Source: Haliotis rufescens
Taxonomy: Eukaryota
NCBI RefSeq assembly: GCF_023055435.1
Contig: NW_025963890.1
Coordinates: forward strand, 37,572,001 to 37,636,000
DNA: 64,000 nt
Reading direction: 5' to 3'
Part shown: positions 11,309-24,454 of the stretch, in pieces
How the letters are laid out: each line of letters opens with the position of its first letter
Position numbering within the stretch: the first letter of the stretch is position 1
The notes under the pieces: model-generated
What the model saw: only the letters and a program-made list of their open reading frames with translations
Databases searched by the model: none
What the model was told of the DNA's origin: nothing
Translations under genes and position numbers: made by a program

Positions 11309-14300
11309 ATGATGTCCACAACGTTTAGTTGCTCAATGCAACTAGAAGTGATTCGTATTTGTTGTCTGATACTTACAAACGTGATTCAGTTAACAAATGC
11401 ATGTATGCCGTATGTACAAGCCGGAGAGCGCCTAATGGGATCAACCTTTAAGATTTCCGAGACGTCATCTTTGTTCAACTGTGCTGCTGAATGCGTTTCA
11501 TACAGGTGCTGCAAATCCTTCAATTTTGATTTAGGACGAAGAACATGTCACCTAAATGGTTTTGATGACCTCCAGTATCCGGAAGGTTCAAAGAAAGAAC
11601 AAGAATTCATTTATAGTTCGATCGTCAATTGGAACCAGGTAATGACATTTGGCTCGTTATTTAAATGAAAGCAAAAATTACCAGACACTGTGGCTTACAT
11701 ATACATGTTTTAATGTAATAATTTTACAGTTTGACTTGATATTCCTGAGTATCATTATTCAATGTTACAGACGAAACTTGGTCCATGTCAAGACAACCCA
11801 TGTGGATACATACAGAGATGCAACGCAAAGAGCAATGGTGATATAAGTTGTGGTATGTCTGCTTTTCCATTTCAATGTGTATTCCAGACTACACACTAAT
11901 CTTACGTAAGGGTTTGTAGTTGCAATGTTAAATAATGGGTAACACACCAACGTACACGAACAATGATGTAATCACTAAAGTTGTGTTCCATTTTACAGAA
12001 AATACTTTACAGGAAATACAATTCCTGGGATACTTGTACACTGAGAAATAGACAATCGACATTGCTAATTTCTAGTTTACTAAGGGGCAAATAAAATGAA
12101 CAAATGATTGCCTTTCTTTGTGCATATCAATTTTCCTAGATACATTTAGTCACTTTTCGAGAGAGAAAAAATCACGTTATTCGTAAAAAGTATTTTAATG
12201 TCGAAGTGAAAGTGCTGAAATAACACGCTCTTTAATCGGCATCCGAAACATATGGGGGCGTGGCCTAAAGCTACCGGTAAAGCGGTGACAACTGTTACGT
12301 TTGCCGCGTTTATCTCGTGATTATTAGCCGTTATACATGTACTATTTCTGCTATTTCTGTTAATCCTACAAACATCACAACATTGTATACATTGTTGATT
12401 GTGTGGAACGACCTTTGATCTTGACATTGTGAATACTTAATAATAACGATTAACTATCGGTAACTAGCGTTTTATTACTAACATGTTTAGGTACTAAACA
12501 ACCAGCTGCCCTCATTCCTATTCCACACCGGGATTAATCCCCTGAGTAAACAACTGAAAGCATATTCAGTGTTATCAATAAGTCAAATGCTGATATAACT
12601 TGTGATCACGGTAATGAAATGGATGAGCAGACAGAAAAATCGACGTAATGTATTATGAAAATGCGAGGCGGGTCGTTGAAAAAGCGCAGCGCGTCAAATA
12701 CCGGGAACCCGTTTTAACCCCAGTAAGGGGAATTCCCTCAGTGGCGTACTGTTTCGTTTTGGGAAGGATTTCACCTGTAGCTTTTGATCCTGTTTTGTGT
12801 ACTATTTCCGTATTTTTTCAAATTTAATTTTGGTCAATCATTTGTGATTAAGGATGACCTAAAGTATTAAAACATGTTGACTTTACTTGCCCTATAAGCT
12901 TATGAAGATGAAAAACCAATTGTTAATACTTCTAATTATATACTCTTGAGGACATTACAGTGAAAATTGTATAACACAGCATGTGTACATACATAGTGTC
13001 TGTGCGTGAATGTATGCACACAGTTACCTACTACGTCCCCACAGGGATTCCAGCTCTGAACAGGTCGCAACTAACCTTGTTTATACAACGGGTGGACCAC
13101 ATTAATTGGCTGGCCTGACTCATAGTACACCTACAGCACAGCAAGTCGCGTTGCAAATAATATCAATCACTGGCACACGAACACATATTTGTTTCTACAT
13201 TCCACGAAAAACCGACGTTTTTTGGACGCATTTTGACCAACGGATTTCCGTCCAAATAACGTCGTTATTTGACATTGGAAGTTACTGCGAGAGGACGATG
13301 TAATCAAGCTCCTCCCTTTACATGATTGACATTGTCAATTGAGCAACAGCGTCTACCGGTATTTCTATTTCTCAGATTGCATTGGTCATCTATCACATGT
13401 TAGGTTTGACCAGAGACCATAAACTAGATATATTTCATGGTCTCTGGTTTGACGCGGTGCTCGTAGCCCTCAGCGGAAGTGCTGACTTCAACCGTTCTAC
13501 CCATGGGGTATGTATAATGTCTGGTCAAAATTTTCGTTTCTGTGCATGCACGAATTCGCGGATTGTTTACTGGATTTAGTATCGTCACTATACATCAGCA
13601 GACAGGGGTAATGTAGCTTGCTTGTTCTTCTTGATCTGTCTGCGGCATTTGATACCATAGACCACATCAAACTTATTGTTTACACCATCAGATAGGACTA
13701 GAAGGAAATGCTCTCAAATGGTTTAAATCATTTTTAGATGGACGGTGTCAGTCAGTCACTGTCAATGAGGCAACATCAGATAGTTTTGTTCTCTCTTGTG
13801 GTGTTCCCCAAGGGTCAGTTCTGGGCCCCATTCTTTTCAAACTGTACACTAAAAGTTTGGGTCACATCATCTCTTAGCGACTACTGAGCTATCATTGCTA
13901 CGCCGATGATACGCAACTGATGAAGACTTTCATGCCATCTGGAACTGAAACAGAGCTTAAAAATTCGAAGATTGCACCAGAGCAATCAAGTCGTGGATGA
14001 TTAATAACAAACTAAAATTACACGACAACAAGACAGAGGCTATATTGATTGGTACCAGAACAAATGTCGAGAAAATGGGAGTTAACAACATACTAGTTGG
14101 TGATTGCAACATCGCATTCTCAAAATCAGTGCACAAATCTTGGCGTATATATCTGGACAGTGGACTAACTATGGAACAACATGTAAGCCATGTCTCAAAG
14201 TCCTGCTTCTTTCATCTCTGCAACATTGGAAGCGTTCGGCATCTACTCACAAAAGAAGCTGCACACACTTTGGCTAGATCTTTAGTCATATCACGGCTTG

Positions 14301-17273
14301 ACTATTGCAACAGTCTCATAAGTAACATCACAAATGATCAACTACACAGGCTCCAACGTGTACAAAATACAGCAGCACGTATCGTCACAAAGACATCAAA
14401 ATTGACTCCAGTAACACCTGCTCTGATGTCACTGCACTTGTTACCACTCAAAGCCAGAATTGAATTCAAAATTATCACCCTGGCCTACAAATACTACATG
14501 GAAACAGCCCAATTATATCCCACCGAACTACTGCCAAAATACAAGCCTTCCAGATCTCTCCGTTCTCAGAATAACCATCTGTTACAAGTCCCGGAACCCG
14601 TCTCAAAACCTTTGGTCAGAGATCTTTCCAGTTCTGCACTTCCTCGCTATGGAACAAACTACTGATCTTAAGCTGTCGCCATCGCGTGCATCCTTTAAGA
14701 CTCATCTGAAAACACACCTTTTCAGACAACACTATGAACTCTACTCCCCTTTCATTAGCATTATTTGCTAAAACTATGTAGCACCATGATCATGAACATT
14801 AACTTGGTGAATGGAATCTGGCTCATTATAAATTGACATTATTATTTATTCATTTATTATTTGATAGTGATTCAAAAACACATGCTCATTATCTAGTCGA
14901 AATCGTACACTCGATTTAATGTGGAAAGAGTTTTCTCGCTTATATTTATAGCACTTATTTGATCTAAAACGTTTCAACTGCTGTAAGCTGTAAAGTGCAT
15001 TTCTCATCAACTAACACACTGATGACGGTGGGAATTTTAGTCAAAATGATTAGGAAAGTACAAGACTCAGAAACGGCCTTCTTATTGAGAATGAATTATA
15101 ACTTTTGCAGCCATGCAATCAACAAATACGCAATCAACTAACATCAAGCTGAAACTGAATTATTTGCCTGCTTTCACAACTTATCTTTGTAGAAGGAGAC
15201 ATTGCTTGAAATTGCGAAAATTATGTTTATAAATATATTTAGGTTCTTCCCTCCTATAATTGTCATGTGACCTGAGCACATTGATTCAGGATTCGAGTAT
15301 TATGGCAGTAAAAATCGACATCAACGAACAGAAGATAACAACTTGGTCAATGAAAATTTGAAATTTGGGAGAAAACATCACTAGACATGATGAGTTACCA
15401 TTTAAATTGTATTTCCGGTTCTTCCAGGCATTGTTTTATATGCAGAGATTAAGATTACCGGGTGTATGGTCTCGTAAACTGAGCAGGAAATATCAGATGT
15501 GCACGCAGCTAAGGATCGTTTCATGGAGTCAATAGCGGAAATCTGATCGTGGTTGCTGTATATATTTTTAACGGTGAGTTGGTGCGGTCTGCGATTTGAA
15601 TAAATCAATCAAACATAAATCCAGATATACCATTAATACTTGTTATAAACTGACAGATGATGTAATAACAGAATTAACTTGCGAGCTTTTGTGTGGATTT
15701 GTTGACATGGTATTTCAGGTGTTACTGCTCACGGTAATGTCTTAGCGTTTGGGACAATACATCAAATAGATAAAAGCGAGAAAACCCTTTCAATATTCAT
15801 AAGAAATATCTGCCAAAAGCAGAGTCGATTGAACGATTTTCCGCATTCGTTTATGAATCACTATCAAATAGTGATGATACCAGCCTGTCACCGCCCCCTA
15901 CTACCAGACTCCATTCCTCCACCGACACAGAGGCGCAAACACATTTCGTCGTTTTTCCGTCCAGTACCCATATACGGAAAGAAACGACGTTTTCGTGTAT
16001 ACAGTATGGATTGTCTGTTCCATATTCGATGATTTACAGGACAACGGGATACAGCCGAAATAAGAAGAAAGAAATATCATACTGTATGTTCAAAACGCAC
16101 ATTAGCTAAGCAATGAAACATACTATCAGCATTTACAATATTCGAAATGTCTGACTCCTGGATATTTTAAATGTCTACCATTAAAAACATATATAGCACA
16201 TTCTGAGGTCTGAGGGTATTCTCTCTTACAGATGAGGAATTCCTGCCTAATCGTGCCAAGAGTAAGCCAACAAGCTCAAGTACCTTTTATGGTTTATCCC
16301 CTTCACCTAGTGTTGCAGTGGACGGTAATGTCACACCATTGTGGTCATCTGGATCCTGTTTTGCTGTTGCTTATGGTGATGTCTCACCTTGGTGGCAGGT
16401 GGACCTGTCGGACACCTACATCGTTGTGGAAGTTCGTGTCACTAGCAGACAAGACTGCTGTCGTAAGATAAACCTTGACTCATTAACACAAACCGTTGCC
16501 AAATGCATTTTGCGCTCAAACGTCGGGTAATTTTGATGAAGATTACCTTTTTTATTTTTCTGTTCTCAAATTATAATAAAAATAGAGAGGGGAGCATCTA
16601 TGTCGGGCTACAATGATTCTTCCTTACTGCATTAGAGCTGGTAAAAAAATAAATTTTTAATTACCTGGCTCAGTCCTTAAGCCTTGAGTCTTGACGTTTT
16701 TAGGGTAACTATCGTCAGATCCAGATGATATTTTGAGACCTTCTGATAATTCTGTTACCAAAATTGAGGGTACAAGGCCCAAAAGCCCAAAATATAGCGT
16801 TTATACACAGTGTGTAAAACAATGTATAAAGACCCACTTTAGAGAACTTATATAACAGAGACTGGCCAGAAACTGAGGCTTAGTGAGAAGAAAACAATAA
16901 CAGACTATGCACTTTCGCGTGCTCTCCCCACCTAAAAATTCAATACCACCATCCTAGAAATTCAGAAAAAAATCGGTCAAGTCAAACTGAAAAAGTACAA
17001 TTTAACACCATTATGGCTTCAGCTGAACGCCTTCACGACTTTGCTCTGGACTTGTACCACGACGACCCACTTCACTATCTCAGTGCCATTCCCCAACTGT
17101 GTTACATGTACAATGGAGCCGTTACAGAGCCTGGCAAAACTGTTGTCATGCAGTGTACTTCACGCGTGACTGGACGCTACCTGAGACTAAGTGGAAAGAA
17201 AACCAAAGACAGGCACGATGTTTTGCAATTTTGTGAGGTCCAGGTGTTTGGCTACAAGGTGATACCGTGGTAA
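11309..17273 (+). CDS. Secreted PAN/apple + EGF-like + F-type lectin (fucolectin, F5/8 type C) protein, copy A, ~297 aa
   Basis: Exons 11309-11638, 11771-11852, 16232-16462, 17023-17273, all GT-AG with phases 0/1/1 joining in frame; hydrophobic leader, PAN motif CAAEC...CKSFNF...CHLN, EGF-like GPCQDNPC...C...C, FTP motifs AVDGN, PWWQVDL, RQDCCPERL, GRYLRL, LQFCEVQVFG. Confidence 0.88.
13595..14862 (+). mobile_element. 5'-truncated CR1/L2-type LINE (degenerate RT) in intron 2 of lectin copy A
   Basis: LLDLSAAFDTIDH, GVPQGSVLGPILF, YADDTQL, LVISRLDYCNSL, LQRVQNTAAR, FKTHLKTHLF; ends in a TTA/TTTA-rich tail. Confidence 0.92.
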
Positions 17274-18589
17274 GTCTGCATGGACACATGACATGAACAC
17301 GACGATTTTTGACCTACAGGAAGCAGAGACATGTTCTCTTCCTGATGTGTTTGATATTTAATTTGTATTGATACTGTAAATATCAAAATTAACTTCATAC
17401 AAAATAAGCCCAGGCAAGCCATAGGATACTCGTGGATGCACATCCTCGTTACATTTACATGCGTGGGGATTGTACGTTCACATTACATCCACCTTTGTTG
17501 GTATACCTTTACGATAGTGAGTTTGGTGAACGCCTCTGTGAACAGAATTTTAGTTTTTATCACTGCGTTTGCTGTGATAGATAAGGAATATTCAAGTCAA
17601 TGTTTATATTATGTTCATGTGTTTAGTTATTTATTAACGTGATATGTTTTGACTTTCAGTATATCCCATCGTGTAATGGCAGTTGCGAACACTTCACTCG
17701 TACCTTTTAAAGGATTGAAGAAGATGTATATATAATTGCTTTCCGTAACTTAAACAATATCTATGTTTACTTTCGATTGATTTCTATTGTGTGCATGAAA
17801 TATCGCACATTTCCCGACATGGCTGATGACGTGGTTTTAGTATGACTTTTTTATAGTAATTTTCAACAAGTTCTTGTAGATTGAAAGTGTACTAATTTTT
17901 TATTTTCAACAGTTGGATAAATGAAACAATTATTTTTTGCCACTACTTGTTACATTGTCAACAAACTTGTAACTATGTTAAAGAAAATAATAAACAGTGC
18001 CCTTAATATATAATTGATCTTATACCACCATCTGTGTCGCAGAGCGTCAATTACAATCTCAGAAACCGCCATGATTTGCTAGTACCATTTGCACGGACAA
18101 TTGCGTTTAAAAGGTTTTACGTACAGACACATTAGGCCAATGGAATAATCTACCATAAGGGATAGTTCTTCAATAGCTACTTTCAAAGCGTCGCACCAGA
18201 GCAGTCTGTATCACCACGTGTATACTATAATTGCGGTAAGAGATACTAGTGTACAAACATACGACACACCAGACTGAGACATAATTGTAGCACACTGAAT
18301 TTCGACCTGTTTCGTGTTTACGTAGCTGATACTCTTTCCTGTAAAATGCGGCGCCGCATATGAAAATTCCTTCCATTTCTTTTTCGAATCCACTTAATAT
18401 GGTGAATTTGGGAGGACCTTTGAGGACACAAAACGCCACACAGTATTCTATAGGCAGTTTTATTTCGACTAGTATGACCTGTATACTTATTAAACTTTAC
18501 ATGTTCTAACCGTTTCACATCTACATGCTAATAAAAGCTACAAAACCCTTGCCGTAGTCTGACAGAAGCAGAATCCATTGTCGGATTCC

Positions 18590-19319
18590 GACTATGTCAT
18601 TATCAAGCCTGTGTTTATTAATCACTGTGAAATAGTGATGACACCATGTGTTCGAGAAATGATGAACTGATCCTGCCCCACCCAAGGCACCCGTCACAAA
18701 CACATGCAAAGGCAATTCAGTCGTTCTCACGGGATCCACATGTCTACCATAAAACGTTTTGAAAGCTTTTTGAGGCCTTGAATGTTGTAAGCCAGATCAA
18801 ACAACTTCTGAGCAAGAATTCTAAGATGCTCTTTGAAATCATGGTAAAAAGAGCATGCGTAATGCGCAATTGTAAACAGTTGTGAAATGAAGAAACCAAG
18901 GCTGGAGCTGCTGGATTATTGTTCGACATAGAGTGAATGTTGACCATTTGAAAGATGAAGTTATTCCTGTTGCCATACAGTCTTGTGGTTAGTCTTTTGT
19001 TCGACATAGAGGGAATGTTGACCATTTGAAAGATGAAGTTATTCCTGTTGCCATACAGTCTTGTTGTTAGTCTTTGGCTCTCTGAATCTTTCTGGATACA
19101 TGTAATTAATAAGTCTAAATATGATACAGATAAGGCTGTTTCACTGGTCTCTATTATTTCTGTTTGACTATTATTGAACGACATGAGATCCTCTATATAC
19201 CTGAAGCTTAAGTGAAACGTCTCAAAGATTCCTTAAACTTTTGATTTCTTTCGAACAGAATTCTTTTGACAAGTACACATAAAAAAGGTCAGCATGAGAG
19301 GAGTACAATTGATGCCCAA
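18590..19319 (-). mobile_element. Penelope-like RT remnant (probably continues at ~22753-22870 beyond the Academ-like insertion); internal 78-bp tandem duplication
   Basis: Minus-strand motifs LGINCTPL..ADLF, FRYIEDL, SVSYLDLLI, LTTRLY..R..F.F, SNNNPAAPA; 18920-19075 holds two 78-bp copies. Confidence 0.75.
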
Positions 19320-22300
19320 TAGTCCAGGCCCTCAGGGAAACGTTATTAGGGGGTATAGTGCAGATGTGTCTACAAGCATCACATATGAACAAGTGTAGAC
19401 CAGAACATACTAAATTCATTTTTGGAGGGCGCCAAAGCCGGTTATCATTGGGGCCGCCATATTGGCAAAATCCAAGATGGCCGCCAGTCCCTATTGGATT
19501 TTGTCCTAACTAAAGAACCAAAAGTCATAGGATCATGAATGAAAGCTCTTTTCATAGGTTTTTGACCTCAATGATTCCAAATCTGAGCTTTGTTTTGACA
19601 TACGAAATATGCTTTGTCCAATTTAGTTGTCAGAGTATTTCCAGGGGCATACTTAAGGGCAAAACATTTTGGATGTGACACAATAATGTTATTTTCTGGT
19701 CTGCAAATGAAAATAATGCACTGCTGGTGGTTGATGGTTTATATTACTGATCACATAAAGGTCACATAACTTGTTCCTTGCATTTTTCCCCCTTCTTCAA
19801 GAAACGCTGATAGAGGTGGTCATGACTACTTGTGCATTAATCACACATATGTGACGTACATGGCTACTTGTCCAGTGAATGTATTCATATTTTTCCGTCT
19901 CTGTAGTCGTTTTTGGCTGAATTGGCGAGAATAGTAGTGGTGGTGGTGGTGGTGAAATAATTGAAAATTGTACATGTACCTGTGATATTGCGCCAACAAT
20001 GGAAAGTATCAATTGGGAATTTTGCTGTGTATGCCAGTCAGATAAAAGTGGAGAGTTGCAAACACCAAAGGCAAAATGACTTTTAACTCTTGGCAGTGAC
20101 CTGACTGACTTTAAGGAAATCAATGCCGCTCTGCAGTCTGATATACTATACTTCTTTGATCAACTAAATAATGGATCGGGTATTGCAGCAACCCTCCGAT
20201 CCCATAATGCTAAGTAAAGTGTCACAAAACATGTAGGAGCTACTGTAGCAGTTCTTGTGTGAAGAGTCTGCGTCAAACACATGAACACAGAGTCCACCCC
20301 AAAAAACTCATATCAACGGGGACATCACATGGAAAAGGCAGTGATGTTAAATGCTGCATTCTCTGTGATGGAGATGACCAGACCAATATACGCAAGGTGG
20401 CAACTGACACCGTAGATGCAAATCTAAAAAGCTGGGCAAAGTCAAATAATAATTTCCAGTTGCAGGGTAAATTGATTGCACAAGCTGCGGATGCCCATGC
20501 TGGCGATATTTTGTATCATGTTCAATGCTATTTGCATCTACGAGAGTCTGCACGCGCTGTCGAGCATCCACAAGCCCTGTTCCTGAGTTTTGTCAATTTG
20601 CTACAGCACAAATAGTAGCCCTTGTTGAGAATTCAGCCTCCATATATAAGCTATCAGCACTTCGACAGATGTACCGAACACTGATGGGAGAACAAGGAAG
20701 TCCCTGTCACGATATCAGGCAGCCACATTCAACATGGTTTAAAGAGCATATTCTTAATCTTCTTCGAGAATGAGTTTTCACAGGAGAAGGAAATCTACAT
20801 TTCTAATAATACAAAGATTGCAGATCAATCCCAGCTTCGTTAAGATGATGATGCCCTATTTTTGGGTGCATTTTCGTTCAAAGGTCCACACACAATTTCA
20901 GGCTCACTGGAAAGAATCAGTCACACGAACAGTCCAATATGAGTCTACAGGCACATATACATCATTATGGAACAGAAGGTCGTCACATCTCTCTCTAGGG
21001 TCCATGAAGTTGGAGAGGACCTTCATGCACAATACAGTTCACAGACACTCGACAAGGTGACAGTGCCTGTGCCAAACACTATCAGGCATTATGTTATCTT
21101 GACATTCGCCAATCGTCCTGATCTGATCAAAAAAGGAAACAAAGACAGTGGTTTCCAGAAGGAAAATATAACTCTAATAACTTTTCCTTTCACTACAATC
21201 ATGACAGATGTAGATATGGAAGAGTTTTTTCGTTTTGAAAATATAGGAACCACCATTGGCTGATAGTGGTTCACTTCGATTCGGCAACAAGTCTGATATT
21301 CTGGAATGAATCAAATCGCCAATTGGTCGAGCACATCCAGCCAGATTAGCCACAGTTGTTGTGTAGGATATGGCAACTGTTGTTCATATGGTCCGGCCCT
21401 AATCAGCGAAGACATTTGCTGTGTTTGTTACACAACACATTGTGCCATTCCTGGAGTCTCAGATAACCGCAACAGTTGTCATAGATGCCATGTGGGATAA
21501 AAACCCAGAAAACAACCTCAAATCCCTCACACATCAGCCTCGTGATACAGGTCCTTGGACGATGACTGGGGATGGCCACACACGAATCCCAAAGCATGAC
21601 TGGAACAGTGGATTTCTCATAAATGAGGATAACGAAAAGGAGTTATTCTCTTTCCTCAGTGAGGAGCTTGTCAAGATATTCCTTCATCTGGCACATGCTG
21701 TAGGCACCAGATAGCTTATGTTCGTAATGTTGATAGTGATGTGGTGGCTTCTTCTCTACATTGTCAGAGCTGTGGGTGTGTTTAGGTAGCGGGAAAAAAT
21801 CGCGATATTCACATCCATGATATCTCTTCCAATCTTGGACTTTCGTGATCTCTAATATTGCCGCTTTTCCATTGCATTACAGGGTGCGACACGACATCAC
21901 AGCTCCTTGTGTGTGGCAAGAAGACTGACTGGTCATCTTTGGCAAAACACACCAGGACTCACTGAGTGACTTGAACCAATCAACCAGATCTGTTCAGCCT
22001 TGAGTCTCCTCACATACAGAAACTGGAACGTTTTGTATTTATCGTGTTTAGTAAGGGGTGTGGTTTGGCTAAAGTCAACGAAGCCAAACATCGTCTCTTT
22101 ACAACTGAAAATACACCACCCATAAAAACACATAAGAAGGGCACTGCTCTAGGCAAGCTTTTACTGGAATCAAGCAGCCCCAGTTCGCCAGGAAATCCCT
22201 GAATTTAGTGAATGGGGGTGGCAAAAGGAAGGCGGTGGTATCTGGTCACCATATCAAACTCTCGAGGATACCAGCAAATCACGTAATTTGCCAAAACGCA

Positions 22301-22752
22301 CTTCTATGTCAAAACAAAGCTCAAATTTGGAATCCTTAAGGTCAAAAACCTGTAAAATGAGCCCTCATTCATGATCCTATGCCTTTGGTTATGAGTGAGT
22401 GAGTGAGTATGGTTTCACGCCGCTTTTAGCAATATTCCAGCAATATCACGGCGGGGGACACCAGAAATGGGCTTCACACATTGTACCCATGTCGGGAATC
22501 GAACCCGGGTCTTCTGCGTGACGAGCGAACGCTTTAACCACTAGGCTACCCGACCGCCCCCTTTGGTTATGAAGTTAGGACAAATGCCAATAGTGACTGT
22601 CGGCCATCTTGAATTTCGCCAATATGGCGGCCCCAATGATCACCGGCTTTGGCGCCCTTCAAAAATGAATTAAGTATGTTCTGGTCTACACCTGTGCCAA
22701 ATTTGATGCTTGTAGACAAATCTGCACTATATCCCCCTAAGGGCCTGGACTA
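19320..22752 (+). mobile_element. Degenerate Academ-like (XPG-domain) DNA transposon with ~300-bp TIRs
   Basis: Ends TAGTCCAGGCCC...GGGCCTGGACTA; TIRs 19320-~19620 and ~22285-22752; broken ORF pieces CILCD, DAHAGDILYHVQCY, FFRFEN, KSDIL, DSDVV, LPLFHCITGCDTTS, EWGW; flanks caa/taa may be a 3-bp TSD. Confidence 0.8.
22395..22560 (-). mobile_element. tRNA-derived SINE family A inserted in the right TIR
   Basis: A/B-box head (tagcctagtggttaaagcg...ggttcgattcc on - strand), (ACTC)n tail, TSD CTTTGGTTATGA on both sides. Confidence 0.95.
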
Positions 22753-23275
22753 TAACACCATTCGGGATTTGAACCCAACAAGTCCAGATTTCAGTTTAGA
22801 AACATGTTCGTCATGTTCATGTCAATAATGTTGTACAGCTTCCAAAATTTTAGCTATTGAAAGAACAAAATACCCGAGCCCCTAAAATGTGCTGAGCTTA
22901 ATACAGTTAAATGACACAAGACAACATTATTCTGTTATGTGCTGTAAATGCGAAAATGAGCGACCAAACCAATTTTCATATGAAATCTCTGACAAAACTG
23001 CATGTCCTTGGCCTTTTGTGACATATAAGAGACCACAAAAACATCAACAGAAACGTTGATAATGACGTATAATAATCTGAACAAATGACGGTGATGAATA
23101 TTGTATTAAACTATCATTTACATGTTGCTTAGTTACATGATTGTAACTGCCGGAGGCAGATGAACAAGGCCATAATGTGTTTGGGCATTGGAATGTTAGT
23201 TACGTCGGCTCTCTTTGTCAGACGTCTCTGCAACACTCGTGCCATCAACGTGTTGATATTGAAAACACATGTCTC

Positions 23276-24407
23276 ATGTCGTTTGGTGGCTACGTGATTT
23301 TTGACACTATTTGTTGTCTGATACTTACATGCATGTTTCTTTTAGGAAATGCATGTATGCCTGAACTACAATACGGGCAGCGTCTTGTGGGATCAACATT
23401 TAAGGTAACTGATGAATCATCTCTGTTCACCTGTGCAGCAGAGTGTGATTCATACGGGATATGCAAATCCTTCAATTTCGAATTGAGGAGAAGAGCATGT
23501 CACCTAAATAGCTTAGATGAGCTCAGTTGTCTGGAAGGTTCAAGGAAAGAGCCGGACTTCATCTACAGTTCGATCAGCAGTTGGAACCAGGTAGGATATT
23601 AAATAATTTAAGTACAACAATTAAATAAATGAAAGATAGATTTGTAAGACACCGAATATTGTTTGCCATTGATTCCAGGCATACAATTTCTTCAACCAAT
23701 TTGTTTCCAGTGTGTCCATCACACACTTATGATTGTTTTGGTGAGATCTGAGGTAAAGCTATATTTCAAGAATAAATATTGTTGTCTAGAAGCCAACCCC
23801 ACTTACATCTGGCGACTGAAGCAACCGCTTGTGATTCCTTGAAGCACCATCCAGCAACAAAATATACTGTGGAGATGAGGAATAGATTTGTTTTTAACAG
23901 GGTTTTTTTCAACAGTATTTTCTTACTGGCTATGTTAACAACAAGCAATAAGTAACTATATTTCATATCTATAACATTCTATCGGTTTATCATGAAAATT
24001 GCTTAATTCAAATGAAAATATTGAAAACCAACTAAATATTCTGGTGAAAATAGAAATAACTTGACAGTAATGTGATGATATACTTCTAAAACATTATCTG
24101 TATTCAATGTCACAGACTCCACTGGGTCCATGCCGTGCTATGCCGTGTAAATACACACACAGATGCAATGGGAGAAGGAATGGCAAAGTACATTGTGGTA
24201 TGTCTGGAGTTGTATATGTTTATATGTATATGTCTTGAATGACGATAGGAATAAGATGGAAAATTGGCGGAATGGAAGCTGACGTGTACATGTAACACCT
24301 CCAAGATTTGTCAAACATTCATTCACACGACGAGCCATACTGCACATGAATATCCCAAGGGCGATTTGAGGGAGTCTGTTTTACTCCACCGCCAGCGCCT
24401 GGCCAAG

Positions 24408-24454
<47 letters not shown>

